A stretch of DNA of 64,000 bases, from assembly GCF_963853765.1 (NCBI RefSeq), contig NC_088859.1, forward strand, positions 22,258,001-22,322,000, given 5' to 3'. The notes beneath the pieces are model-generated. The model did not search any database and was not told the origin of the DNA. It worked only from the letters and a program-made list of their open reading frames with translations. Source of the stretch: Magallana gigas. Taxonomy: Eukaryota. Positions 1 through 14,000 of the stretch are shown piece by piece; the first letter of the stretch is position 1, and the number at the start of each line of letters is the position of its first letter. The position numbers were made by a program, and so were the translations under genes.

Positions 1-709
1 CTTCTTTCATGCCTTTTACTCATGGTTATATGTATTATTTATAATTAAAATACTTTGAAAACTTTTCTCAATTTATTTATTTTAATAAGATTAAGAAACG
101 GACTATAGTTAATGCACGTTTTCAAGAGTTGTCTCTCTTGGGGACAATAATGAATGCTCCCCAGGGTTCATGACCCTGAATATTGAGTAGGCTGTGAGGT
201 GAGCCCCGTACGTATTTCACCAATTAAAAGCCAGCTCCAATAACAAAATTATAAAGCATTTTACTCTACCAATATAAATACACCCCCAAGAACCCCCCCC
301 CCCCAAAAAAAAACAACAAACCTGCGATTAGAACCATTTTGACAAGAGCTTGGACTTTTGGTAGTTGTGTCAAACTTCAATGTGACCTACATGTATACCT
401 GTCTATTTTATTAGTAATGGCTCTTTGAAATCAAAAAGATTTTACTGGCTTGTGAGCCAAGATCACGCAATTGATGCATTGAAACCAGCGTTTTTAACTT
501 GTTTTGATGCAAGATAAAGATAGTTACATAGTTCTATAATGAATCAATATAAATCTACAAATTTTTCATATGTTTGCTATTCTTTCTGAATAACGAATTT
601 CTTACATAGGTTGCGAATACATTATTTTCATATGATAATAAACATGGACATAGCAATACTTAATTCTATTCTCGGTCACGAAATCCTAACCTTTCTTATA
701 AAATTTCAG

Positions 710-2424
710 AATTTTGAAGAACAGTTGTCGGCCGTCTCGTCTTTTATGACTCATATCCCACAGAACAGAACAAAGGACGAGGTTAATATCAATATGTAAT
801 GAAAATATTTTACTGAGGTAGTCAAAGTATGAAATTGTCCATACTTTCGTACTGCAACACAAACCGGTATTTCAGACAAAGCCAAATAAAAAGCGCACAT
901 GGCACCGCAATAGAGTGTGGCGCAAGGACGACCCACAAACACGAGTTTTGGGAGAACCCAGGGTAAACAACCCTCATGTACGGCCAATAAAGGTCAAGAT
1001 CGATGTAAGTCAAGATATCTTTAGATATGACGAGGTTATATCGATATGCAATGAAATATTTTTCTAGTGTAGTCAACATTTGGAATTAATAATTATATTT
1101 TTACACCCAACATATACCTTTTTTCAGTCAAAGCCAAATAAAAAGCGCACATGGCACACAATAGAGTGTGGCGCAATTAAGGACGACCCACAAACACAGG
1201 TCGGAGGAGATCCCAGGGTCAAGGACATTCCTGACCGGCCAACTAAGGTCAACGTCAATGTAAGTCAAGGCTAATTAGCTTATTTTGGTGTTAATAAAAC
1301 TTGTAAACCATGTGATGAAATGCAGTGTTTCTCTGTTAAATGTATAGACTTTTACTTAAATTGACTAAGAACATTACACATTCAGATATTATATATGTTT
1401 TTCAGAGTAATTCTGAAATATTATGCTATAAAAAGTAATTATAATCAATGAATGGTGCTCAAATAGTGTTTTATTCACACAGAATCAATTACAAAATGAT
1501 GAGAAATTAGTAAAGGAGCCACACCAAAAGGTAAATTCATTAATCTATCTATATCCCTCCCCAATTGATAAATTATTTTTGCTCTAACGCCAATCAATTC
1601 ATAATGATGATGAACAATTAAAAACGTCTTGATAATGCCACTTTTAGAAAGTCCTCTTACACTTTAATTTTACAAGGTTATACCTCTCTTTTTGCAGTCT
1701 GGGCTTCGAAGGTGGCGCTATAACAGAATATGGCGGAGAGACTTTGTCTGGAAGAAAGAGCTGAATAACATACAATTTTTTGTCTTTTAAACACAGCATT
1801 GCACATTGCAATCTTTTTCGTTAAACTTTTCAGCATTCCGATAAACCGGCTTGCATTTCTACGAGCTTTGTGCATCCTGCACCCTCCGCAGACGTTGTAG
1901 CCCCCCACAGCAGAGTCAAAGCAACTTCTTTGTCAAATACTGACCCTGCTAAGGCGATTGCTTCTAGCATCTCAACCACGCCTACCACCGCTTCTATCAG
2001 CACGACCGCGCCCACCACCGCTTCTATCATCACCGTCACGCCCACCACCGCTTCTATCAGCACGACCACACCCAACACCGTTTCTATCTGCACGACCACG
2101 CCGAGCACCGCTTCTGCGTTAAAATCAGTTACACGTCAGTTTGTGGCTCCACCCTCTAAAGCGACTGTGTCCAAGACAGTGACAAGCACCATCTCCGTAC
2201 TCAGTGAAACGACATCTCCAGTACTGTGTCGGGGTCAACTAATAAGGCCAATACGACTGTTTCGAGTGATGGTCAAATTACGACATTCAATGAAAGTCTT
2301 ACTTGTGATGACAAGATGGCACCTATCACAGCCACCTTTTGCACTACTCCCTTTAAAAAGGAGACGGGAACTAGCTCTGTCAACGCACTCCGATCTTCTC
2401 ATACGACAGAGGAGTAAATGGTAA
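710..2424 (+). CDS. 5'-partial multi-exon gene, unknown protein with duplicated basic/Trp-rich exons and a Thr/Ser-rich (mucin-like) exon
   Basis: Phase-0 exons with AG/GT sites and open frames: 710-781 (NFEEQ...KDE), 876-1004 (TKPNKKRTWHRNRVWRKDD...KID), 1128-1259 (SKPNKKRTWHTIECGAIKDD...VNVN) and 1834 onward (HSDKPAC..., in frame with ORF 1870..2424). No start codon identified; possible frameshift near 2226. Confidence 0.55.
1954..2118 (+). repeat. 30-bp coding tandem repeat (about 5.5 units, TTASISTTxP)
   Basis: Units begin at 1954, 1984, 2014, 2044, 2074 and 2104, e.g. accaccgcttctatcagcacgaccgcgccc. Confidence 0.9.
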
Positions 2425-2666
2425 ATTTTCAAAACTGATAATTCATATTACCTATTATTAACTGCTGATTTTTTGTGTGGCAAGAATGATGGACTTACTG
2501 TCTTATCGTATTTACTGCAGTAAATTGATATCTTTTTTTAACTGATGTCACACGTTTGATTTTAATTGATGATATCATTTACTAAAAAAGATGATATAAG
2601 AATTTCTCAAGTAGATGATTCATAAAAATGAAAACCAGGAGGGGAATCATTTACTCCGAAAACAGG

Positions 2667-2943
2667 GCCAATTTTGATGCTTACCGTATTCAGTTATTTA
2701 AAAACTGAATATGTGATGCAACCTATTAATTTTAGAAAGGTGATTTCGCTAAATTCTCGATATAAATAATTGATACTAGTATCTCCTATTTGATAAAAAA
2801 AAAAGAGCCAATTTTGATGCTTACCGTATTCAGTTATTTAAAAACTGAATAGGTGATGCAACCTATTAATTTTAGAAAGGTGATTTGGCTAAATTCTCGA
2901 TATAAATAATTGATACTAGTATCTCCTATTTGATAAAAAAAAG
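2667..2943. repeat. 140-bp tandem duplication
   Basis: gccaattttgatgcttaccg... starts at 2667 and again at 2807; the two copies are nearly identical. Confidence 0.95.
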
Positions 2944-4090
2944 ACATTTTTTAAAAGAATGATTTCTTGAATTAGTGATATCTATTCGGGCGTCACTTAT
3001 TCGAATAGATACATCCTTTTTTTCAATATAAATAGATGAGTCGGCCTATTCGATGTCAATTATCAAATCATTTCTTTATAGAAAGACATGTCTTTATTCT
3101 ATTCTAAGATCTGTATAATATCTTAACATTGGACTTTTTTTGTTGTCATATTTATATAATAGTGCTGTGTTGTGCCTGTACTATGCCTAAATAGTAGTCA
3201 AGGTTTGATACATATGAACGAGTCGGAGATAGAGATACAATCTGACAGGAGGCATAATAATGGCTGATAGATGAACTAGTGTAAGTATCATCAGAAAGAT
3301 GGCAGCCTGGTTGAATAAAGCAATCTCATGACTATATATCTTGATTTAAGTCCTCTGGAAAGAAAGATGTACTATTCATATTTGTTTGTTGATGAATTTT
3401 AGTGTCGCTGGCTGTGGTCCGTAGAGACACTGATGGAACTGACAGCTCTGTTTGGTTTTTGAAGGCTTTTCTCTCTGAGTCTTGGCGGGAGGCCTTTCAT
3501 TGTTTGTATTGTATCATACTGATTGTTTATGCATTGAGACAGATATAGTTTGAATGAGCCCGCCACCTTATTTAAGGGGGGAAGGGGTTGTTTTTATACT
3601 GGAGTTTTTTTTAAAAGGGGGGGGGGGTGACTGTAACACACATACTTTTCAGATAAATGTTGGCATATTTACACATACTACATGCACTTAACTCTACTTT
3701 ATACTTCTTCTGTCAGCTATTCTAATATTCCTGTGGACATGTTTTTATTCTTAAAAAATTTCTTTCTCTGGTGTGTTGGTTTGACGATCACTATCTTCTG
3801 ATCATGGCAGCTATTATTTTATCTTAAATTTGTTATTTGGGCATCATTATCAATATTTTTTATGCATCTAATTATTTTATTTTTATTGGAATAAATAAAG
3901 TAAAAAATGTCTGTGTGTTTGTTGTTTATATCTGGAATTAAGATTTTGTTTTTGTTGTGCGGAAGTTCTTTAGTATAAGTCGACTAGCGTTACCACTGGT
4001 AATCACTCACCAAGAGTCAGATTCTGCCACCTTTGGAATACAATTTCAACAGAAAAAGCGATTTGCAGCTAATATTGAGTGTCATTATAT

Positions 4091-4465
4091 AAATAGTGCT
4101 TGTTTGGGCGGGTACCAGTTGAAATTGACACCCCGAGAAACCCCCAGAAAACCATTGTCAACCGACGCCATGCGGAGGTTGACAATGGTTTTCGAGGGGT
4201 GTCAATTTCAACTGTTATCCTCCCAAACAGGCACTATTTATTTTGTTATACTGAATGTGATAATTTTAAAGAAAACTCAACTGCTTTTACATAGGAATAA
4301 CGTGAATTCAACGGCGAACCGTACGCGCATAATTTTCGCGCATGTAACAATTTTTAATGTTACCCGTTGCTAAGTGCGTTGCTAACGCTGAGGGTAATAG
4401 AAAAAATTATGAACTGCGTCTAAACCAATCAGATTTCAGTATTTAACATGAAAGTATAACAATAA
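4091..4465. mobile_element. Non-autonomous element with long central palindrome (family A, copy 1; hairpin 4091-4239)
   Basis: Arms aaatagtgcttgtttgg...aaaaccattgtcaacc and ggttgacaatggtttt...ccaaacaggcactattt; reverse-complement copy at 5013-5152. The right boundary is approximate. Confidence 0.7.
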
Positions 4466-4559
4466 TAGATGTTTGAATAATAAAACGCATCTCAGAACAA
4501 AACTTATTCCCTTGCAATACATTCATGAAACAATTTACTTGTTTCAATTTAAGGTTTTT

Positions 4560-4876
4560 AGAGCTGTTTAAATTTTTTAAGAGCAGGTGCCCTCTGATGA
4601 TTATATCTTAGTTATTACTGGTCCTAACTTCACCAAACTTGCATGGATGATGTGTCTAATGATACTGATGCACCCGACAGGCTCGAATGCTGAATCGGAG
4701 CCCTAGGTTTCGGATAACTGATAATAGTACTATACAAGCTTGCATAGTTGGTTTATCTATAATATAAATACATCGCAGAGGTAGAATCAGATGCGGAGCC
4801 TGGTCTCCATTATCAAGGATGCTAAACAAACTCATTCCTCACTCAAACTTGCTTGATAGATGTGTCTGTTCTTAAA
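4560..4876 (-). mobile_element. Helitron/HINE-like fragment, inverted relative of 25167-25467
   Basis: ctcactcaaacttgcttgatagatgtgtctgttcttaaat is the reverse complement of atttaagaacagacacatctatcaagcaagtttgagtgag at 25167; caccaaacttgcatggatgatg is also shared. Confidence 0.6.
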
Positions 4877-5012
4877 TGATATAACATGTTTCCTATTGTA
4901 TAGTATTGTATGAAATAATACATACTGTTATATGATCCAATATCAATAACTTCATTTTTATATAAAAGCAGTAAAAATGTCTTTAAAATTAAGACATTCA
5001 GTATAATAAAAT

Positions 5013-5152
5013 AAATAGTTTCTGTTTAGGAGGGTCACTGTTGAAAATGACACCCCTCGAAAACCATTGTCAACCTCCGCTTCGCGTTGGTTGACAATGG
5101 TTGTCTCGGGGTGTCATTTTCAACAGTAACCCTCTTAAACAGGGCACTATTT
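5013..5152. mobile_element. Palindromic element, family A, copy 2 (inverted relative to copy 1)
   Basis: Arms of about 60 bp; loop tccgcttcgcgtt contains GCGAAGC on the minus strand. Confidence 0.75.
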
Positions 5153-5199
5153 TTATAATGTTGTATCAAATAATATTGTATTATATACGATACAATTTC

Positions 5200-5234
5200 A
5201 TACTATTACTTATTAGGTTAGTTACTGACTCACT

Positions 5235-5271
<37 letters not shown>

Positions 5272-5284
5272 ATGCAAAGCAGAT

Positions 5285-5319
<35 letters not shown>

Positions 5320-5580
5320 CAGTGAGTCAATAACTAACCTAATAAGTGTTTTGCTTTCCCGAGGACTATCAAGCGACATATTCATTCACGTCCAATTAAA
5401 CTCATTTAAACTCTTCAAAATTAACAATATCCCCTTTCAAATACGCTTTAAAAATCTTCGCTTCACCCATATTACTTACAATATTTTGGTGCTATTCAAT
5501 TTTAAACCTTTGCAGAGATTTGAGCAAATTTTGACGCTGCCATTTTATCTGCTCCAGACACAACAAGGTGACGTCAATGT
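5200..5580 (+). mobile_element. Palindromic element, family B, copy 1 (hairpin 5208-5347 plus tail ending gtgacgtc)
   Basis: Arms of about 62 bp (acttattagg...catagatgg / ccatctatg...cctaataagt); homologous along its length to 23975-24410. Confidence 0.8.
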
Positions 5581-5589
5581 TTGCAATTG

Positions 5590-5990
5590 AATGTTGTGAT
5601 GTATTATGTGATATGATATTGTAACATATGATACTATAGTGTATCATATATTATATTTTATTATGTGATCAAATACAATAATGTATAACACGATACAATA
5701 TCGTATCATATTATATAAAACAATATCATATCTTAATACAATATCATATCATGTTACATTTTCCTATTGTATCATTTTATATTACAGTATTATATTGTAT
5801 CATATGATATATTGGATAGTATGATAAGATGCAAGATCATATTTTATATTATTGTATTGATAAACATTGTATCTTACAATACTGCTTGAAATCATCTAAT
5901 GATATCAAACCATTATTTAACATATGATATATATGATATTGTGTCAAAACAGTTTCCATCATTTAATCTAATTTTTATATAATATGATAA
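5590..5990. repeat. Degenerate pentamer (ATATC/ATACA-like) array
   Basis: Clear 5-bp periodicity; its reverse complement matches the array at 23480-23975. Confidence 0.7.
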
Positions 5991-7224
5991 AGGTGGTGTT
6001 ATAAAGGTGACGCCTCATGAAGTTGATGCCTCGTCTCGGTGAGCTTTGTAATCTGTGATTATCTACATTGTATATTTGTTATATACAATTTATACCCATT
6101 AAATGCCCATAGGAAGAGGCTGGGGGAGTGTTAACCTTCAACTGTTGGCTCCAGCAGTGATATAATAATTTTAAGTAAAGGTTCAAAATAATAAAACATC
6201 ATGTTGCCATTTCTGTTTATTTGTACAAATACATTCCTGTTGCCAAAGGAATCAATATTTTTTTTCTAATTTTACATTACACTGAAAAAGTTATTCTTCA
6301 AATAATTTTGTTTGAATTTAAAATTACAAAAGTAATAGAAAACCAAGTTAAAAAAAAAATTAAACGAAGTATAAAGCATCCAATTATGTTAGCAACAAAT
6401 CACTTGACAATTGAACAAAATGTACAGTACAAACAGTGTATGCTGATAGAATAACCACATGAAAGACATGATTTGTGATGAAACTGGAAATGTAAAACAT
6501 AGTACATGTAGTAGTAAATTAAATATTGCACTCAGAGTAGTGGCGGTACAACTCACTCCCCTAACAATGGAATCTAGCCCTACCAGTCTAATGGACTATG
6601 AATACATCACTAACACAATTAATGATATGTATGATTTTGCTGAGGTTTAATAAATAGCCTATTGTATATACAAGTGCCCTCTCATACACACACAGGGATA
6701 TACTGTACTCTAGATTACCTACTTCGGCCCTCTAGCTACAGACATAGCTTTTCTTCTATTGATTGTCTATCTATTGAAATAACTTTGTACTATTTTATCT
6801 AATCAAGGTACGTGTAATGCCAGATTACTACACCATTAAGACGTTAATTCAGTAGCAAGCCAAATTATTCTAAGAAACTGGGTTGGGGTAGGTTTTACAA
6901 TATAACTCTAATGTTGTTATTATAATAAAGCTTAAACTCTGCAAATATATTTGAAACTTGTTTTCTTTTTTATAATTTAAAATGATCGTTTTTATTAATA
7001 AATAATTTTTTTCAAGTCCATCAAACAGTGCATTACTAAATATAATTTTTGAAAACAATATATTTCATTAAAGCACTTGTTATTAATATTTGCTTGGTGT
7101 GATTGAATATCTAAAGGCTGCTATGTCAATGATATTTTATCCAACTCTGCTGTCATGTATGCAAGAAAGCAAATTTAAAAGTAACAATATATATATATGT
7201 TAAAGCCAGCTTCTACAACTAAGT

Positions 7225-7227
<3 letters not shown>

Positions 7228-7285
<58 letters not shown>
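7228..7285. repeat. (CT)n microsatellite
   Basis: Direct reading. Confidence 0.98.
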
Positions 7286-8051
7286 TATACAACCATTAAA
7301 AAATAAAACAACATATTCTTGATAAACGATTGTGGAGATAATTATGGATTTATGTTATCCAGTGGCCAAAGATATCATATACATGTATTATATAACGGTG
7401 ATTAAGGACCTTAGTGTTTAAACTCTGTGTAGCAGCTTATGTCAATGATTCAATCTCTATAGAATCATTTACTACAATAATCACAAAAATATATATGCGA
7501 CATGTTAATCATAAGTAGGTTTGATGCCTGGTACCATTGTTTTTAAACACAACTTTTAAATTGGTTAAATCCTTCACATTTTAATCTCCTCCTTTTTCAA
7601 GAATAAAGAATAAATACGTTAAATGTACATGTGGATTCAAGATGAAGGAATGTGCGATGTTTTGGCTGCAAGCCCAGGTTACTGGATTTCAAAGGTATGA
7701 GAATATGTTATAATAAATAATATGCCATCTACAATATGTACAAAGAACATCCAAATGCATTCTATGGTAGAATGTAAAGTATACAATAAAATTGTTCTCT
7801 CTCACTCACATAAAACTATAGCTCCATGAAATGTCACAACAATGGCACAATGTTCAACTTGTTCACAACTTGTTTGAATAAATGCAGTGTCAGAAAGACA
7901 GATCTGATCAGAGCTGAGTATCAGTCTCACGGGCTGTCACCGTCACAGAAATGATGGACACCAACACATACAATGTTGTATACAATACACAATCCTTGCT
8001 GCTTTGTTGGTTTTTTGCTGAGTATAACAAGTTCACACACAACTTCCGAGG

Positions 8052-11000
8052 TTACACCCGAGTTTCACTTTGATTGGGGACTCCATTTCTTATCAGTAAT
8101 TGTTCTGTCTCCTGGTGTCCTCCATTTGTAGCTGTATTAGGTCCCGGGCTCTGTGATCGAAACTACATAATTTAAAACAAAACTGTTAATTCTTTATCAT
8201 TCTTAATTGACTTGATGAGAACTTTTACCTTAATGTAAATGAGTTAATTAGGAGCACCAACTTATAAAATCTAAGGGTAAATCAATATGTCATTAAATAT
8301 CAATGTATTTCTTGATTTCATATGTATTGATAATCCACAGCATATCAAAATGACACTTAAAATTACAGTATGTATTGGTCACATGGTTTCATGAAATTTT
8401 GTAAGAATAGTTTATAAAAGAGCAAATACAAATAATTCAGCAATTGTTGTCAATAAAAGTGTTTTGAAAATCTAATTACTGTTGAAGCAGAAATATTCGA
8501 TGAGGATTTAATTTCGTTATTTTCATTTGCAGTATGAATAATGAAATTAAATCCATGCCGAATTTTTAACTAATTTTTAAGTGTTAATGAATACAAAAAT
8601 ATTACGATATGATGAAATTAAATGCCTATGAAATTTTATTTGTTTTAGAAACAACAAAATTTTGACCCAACGAAAATATGTGCTTCTACAGTACTTAAAA
8701 TTTATACAGAATGCATAATTTCAGTTTTGTTTTAACTAATTTTTAAGTGTTAATGAATACAAAAATATTACGATATGATGAAATTAAATGCCTACAAAAT
8801 TTTATTTGTTTTAGAAACAACAAAATTTTGACCCAACGAAAATATGTGCTTCTACAGTACTTAAAATTTATGCAGAATGCATAATTTCAGTTTTGTACTT
8901 TTAAAAGTATATTCTAATTAAGCAATAATCAAATAAAAGATTCAATAATTTATGTTTTCTTAGTGTAGAAATGTGATAGTTTGTGATTATAATCGCCAAA
9001 GTCCATAAAAACAGACAAACACAGAGTGGAAAGAGCTATAGTGCATGGTAGGCTTTTCCACGTACAATAGTGTTGACATTCACCCGCAATACAGACTTTG
9101 TTTACACACCTGTAAACTCAATACTGACTATATAAACGTACCTCTTTTTCGCTTTTTTCCTTCTCTTTTTCTTGTGCTTTCCTTCTAATATACCTAAATA
9201 AAAATATAGGTAGATTAGTACATGTAATATATGTATTGTTGGTAACAGATCATATACATGTATCACCTTGTTTTTACATTTTGTGATTCTGCATTTCTTT
9301 GGCCTAACTACAAAATTCATATGCCACACTTAATGATTTTATATTAATGAAGCTATCAACATATTCGGTTGAAGTGGAGAATAATAACAGTTAAAATAAC
9401 TGGTTCAAAACCTTTGAGATATCATCAGCACAGTCCTACCTTTTGCGCAGCACAAGGATGCACACAATGACCGTCACAAAGAGCACAATGCCCACTACAC
9501 TGGCTGCTATGGCCGCTGCCTTTACATGATCTTCTCTTTCCCCTGTAAAACAGAGCACATTTTTAAATCTTAAATCACAGTCACAGATCATTACATGAGC
9601 TGTGTCAAGACCAGACTTACAGATCAGTCTTTGATACAGGCTAATGCACACAATTATCAATGCTTAGTATAGTGTTGCCGCTAGGAAATATGGAATTTAT
9701 TTACCTCAATAATTCATTAGATAAAATATAAGTGAAATGAATATATATATCAAATACTTTTACTGATAGAGTTGACATCCAAAAATATAGAATGTTATTC
9801 ACTTACAGTTAAAAGAAAATGAGGCAGAAATATGAATACAGTAGGAAAAAATAAGCATTTCGTAGATCATTAATGGCAAATTAATTGTGACTTTATCAGG
9901 AGGATGAATGAATGAGTAAACTTGCAAAAGGACAGTTTCATTAATCTTTAGCTACCTCACTTTAAAGTAATTGTTAAGATCAGTCCTACAATCAGCAATG
10001 CACATAGAGAGGATCTGATATGTAAATACATGTGTTAATAGCTTTAAAAATCTAAAACAGTTTAATTTGTTTACCATAAAAAGGTCACTAATAACATTAT
10101 AAGAAAAAAGATTTGAGATATACTGGTAACATATATGAGATTAGTGTGTTGTACATGTATTTTTTGGTGTGCAGCTATATATAGCCAAAATACCAAGAAG
10201 ATGAGCAATAATAATTTGTGAAACTCATTCTTTCAGTTTAATACTATAGCTCACAGTAAAACTTGCCAATCAATCAATTTAATCCTACTCTTTTTCTATT
10301 TGATTGATGATAGTTCTGGTAAAAAAAAATTAAGGTGGTTGGGACACCTCCATATTGTGACCCACTTCCTATTGAAATGAACACAAAAAAATCAAGTGAT
10401 TATTACTAATTTTTTTCTTTCCCAAAATTGTTACCTTATAAGACTGTAGCGCAATGGGTTAATTAGAGCATTAACTACTAAGTTTTGAGTTTGAATTCCG
10501 CTGGGGCTTTTATAATTTTTACCTTTCCAAAAAAAAATTAAATATTTTTGGGTCAAATATTGCATAATTTGAAAATTCTAAAACAGTGAAAGCATATTGA
10601 TTACAATGTACATTAATATTGACAAGTCTGCCAAACAAACTTAAGTGTATATAATATAAAATGCAGAACTATTATTCATAAGACAAGGCAAGTTAAACTG
10701 CTGGTAAATTAGGTAAAATTTGCATTTATATAGTAAGGCTAAGCAAAATAAAAAGTGTAAGTTATTTCAACTTTTTGTTATGTCCCTTTGCTCACAGAAA
10801 AATTAATTTTATTATACCGGCAATAGGCATTCGAAGAGTAGATTTAGAAAATGTTAGAATAGTATAGAATTTTACACTTACACAGCGATCCTACAATACA
10901 TCAATGAGTTAACAAACATATTTAAGATGGTTAAATTGCATCTAAAAGCTCAACATATGTAGCTAGGATATATGGCATTTCTGTGAACAATGTTGCTTTT

Positions 11001-14000
11001 GTGACTGGGTGCCTTAACAATTAGGTATTCAATAGATCAAAATATTGTCCTATGAATGGCATGCATGGGCACCAGATGATCAAAAATAAAACTTACCAGT
11101 AATTAACCAATTGAAGAAAAAATTAAGCTTGCAAATCAACTTGTCCAAAGATATAATTGTGAGTTGTAAACATCTATTCAATGGTATGCAAATTAATTTT
11201 AAACTCATGTACCTATTTCATATCAGAGAGCTTGGAAAAAATGCTGGATGATATATTTGTGATTTAATTTAATTTAGTGTTTGGTAATGGGACAAATTTA
11301 AACACACATTTTTCAATTCTTTTTCCTATATGCATATAAATTGTATTGAATTCCTCACCGATTAAATGCTACGGCTGTATTTGTCTTTGGGGAGTCCTAA
11401 ATTAACTGATATTGTGGAAGTGCAAACTATTTACAACGTTTTCTAACAATTAAATGCACCTGTTGTTAGTGTGGAAAATTAAAAATAAAATCCATGAAAA
11501 TTTAAAAAGCCAGTTACAACAGATGACAGTAGTAAGGGATTAAATTTCTCTCTTTTATGAATAATTCACAGAAAATCTTATAAGCTAGTTTTTCATGTGG
11601 TTGAGTTTTTTAAAAAAAATGTCCTCGCAAATAGTTTTCTTGCTGTTGTTAGCTAATAGATGTTTCTATGAACAAAGAAGTTCCTTTGTTAATTTCTTCA
11701 ATGCTATATTAAATAATGCAGCCTATAGGTCTAATACAAATGTGAAATGACACACTACCATATAAAATGTCCTGGAGTAAAACAAAACGTAGCCACAACA
11801 CAAAGAAGACTAGATTTGCAGCAAAAAGGTGTGACTTAAAATAGAGTGAATTAATTAAGCGAAATTAAAATATGCATTAACTATTCATTAGTATTTTGTC
11901 TGCTGTACACTTACGTTGAAAGATCAATGTTGGATCAATGTAAAAACAGGTTTTCCCAATGTAGTTCTCTTTACAGCTAAAAAGAAAAAGATATTCAAGT
12001 GAAAGACCCAGTATAAAGAAGCTTCATTTATAACATTAAATTAAAGATATTTCTTTCAAAAACATTCAATCAAGAATATTTCTTTTGGAAATATTTTAAC
12101 AATAGAAAGCAGAATTTGTCTTCATTTATAAATGTAATCTAGTATATACAAATATATAATTTAGGTCTTTTTTTACAAGTTGTTTTTCTTATGAATGGTG
12201 TCAGGTAATTGAATTTACAGAAACTTTATATAAAATTATATTTGAACAAGTTTTCCATTGGGAAATTTACTTTGAATATGTCATGTTTATGTAAAAAGTC
12301 TTGAAAAAACACTCATAAATAACATGAGCTTATCATCAGTTATGAATGTTAGTGTTTATTTTATAGCCACTATTCTACGTTCTGCCTTTCCTTTCAGAGT
12401 TGGCATTCCAAAATTAAATTTACTGAGACTACTGTTCCAGTTTCTTCCCATTATTGATTGATGAAGACAAAGTGTTTCACATCTTGTAAAGTTAATTAGC
12501 GAATAAAGTTAGCAAATAAATTTGTACGTGTATTATGTTGTCTCTTTTCAGCATTAAATATTGATGAACGACGGGTGTTTTGATCATATCATCATTTACT
12601 GTATACATGTATTGTTTGAGAATCTTCCAGGGCTGTCATAACTCACTTATAACTCAACAAATGACACTCAAATTTTGGTTGCATATTAAAGATGACTTAC
12701 TGAAGCATTTGTAAACATTAAAATCAGAGAAATAATTTTTGACCAAAATCGTGACCATGCCCCTTTAAAATGTCTAAGAATAGTGATTTTAAAATAAGTA
12801 CCTTCTATTCATACATAGACAGAGGAATTTGCATTAGTTCTTTTCAAACTCTCATGGAAAAAGGATAGGGTTTCTATATCTTTTTTCATCTTTTACTGAC
12901 AACATATATCATCAAATGATTGACAGATTTTTCCCTTTATATTTCCTCAGAGAGAATATTTTGTAGGTTGTTTCTTTTTTTTTACTTACTAACAATGGGT
13001 TGTTCTATGCCCTTCTTCAAACTCCATGACGAAACAGGTTCCTCCATTGAGACAACCTTGTGACACAGTTTCATTTTGTGTGCAAGGTTTCCTGTTACTG
13101 ACAAAAGAGGTAGTTGTCACTGGTGCAGCAGTGGTGGGGCGGGGGGTGGCCGGCGTTCTACCACAACCATCTACAACAGGTAATATATAACATTCAACCA
13201 TCTACAACTGGCAGTAGAACACGAATCCATAAAACATTCAACCATCCATAATATGTAATTTGACGTTCAACCATCTACAGTAGAACATTTAACCATTAGA
13301 ACCGTAGAACATATTGTATCTTTAACAACAGGCAATAGAACATAAGGCAACAGAACATTGTGTCTTCAACAGCAATTAACAAAATGCAGGCTATTTTAAA
13401 CAACCATCCACAACAAGCAACAGAACCTTCTACCTTAAACAACAGGCAATAGGTGTCTTAAAAACATCTTCAACAGGCAGTACAATATTCTTACTTCAAC
13501 AATCATCTACGATAGGCTATAGAACATTCTTTTAGCTGGTTAAAAAAAGACTTCAAAAACAAGACTTCAAAATATAGATTTGATGCTTACACCATACCTT
13601 GATCATCACATAATTCCTCAGAACATGCAGACAAACAGACAAGTAAAAGAAGCAGCATCACCTCCCTGAGACACATGTTTAAACGCATATTGGGAAAATA
13701 ATGAAATATAGATGCCTTGACGCCTACCTGTAATAATTATATCTTTTTATATGTTCTGTTCTTGAGCTTTGAAGACTTTGATCTATGATACAGATGATTG
13801 ACCTTTTCTACCTGTGAAAGTGTTCGCATACTTTGCAGACACGTAATGGAATCTTAATCCTGCTTGAATGTTTCCTCTGATAATGCATGTATGTCGATTA
13901 TGTGTATGCTGTGTACATTAAATAGGTTAAATCATTTAAAAAAAAGGAATTCAGGAATAGTGTAATTTATTTGCGAGCACAGAAAATTCAATATTTTATA

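Noticed and set aside
1830-2108. Val/Ala-rich minus-strand ORF
   Set aside because: Antisense shadow of the plus-strand 30-bp Thr-rich repeat.
3150-3560. Possible old retroelement coding remnant
   Set aside because: All frames I tried are interrupted and show no diagnostic motif.
3957-4373. 138-aa ORF
   Set aside because: Runs through a palindromic repeat; no splice or family support.
9102-9329. Lys/Arg-rich NLS-like ORF (KHKKKRRKKAKKR)
   Set aside because: Wrong frame; the real exon 9142-9193 reads YIRRKAQEKEKEKSEKE in the EGF gene.
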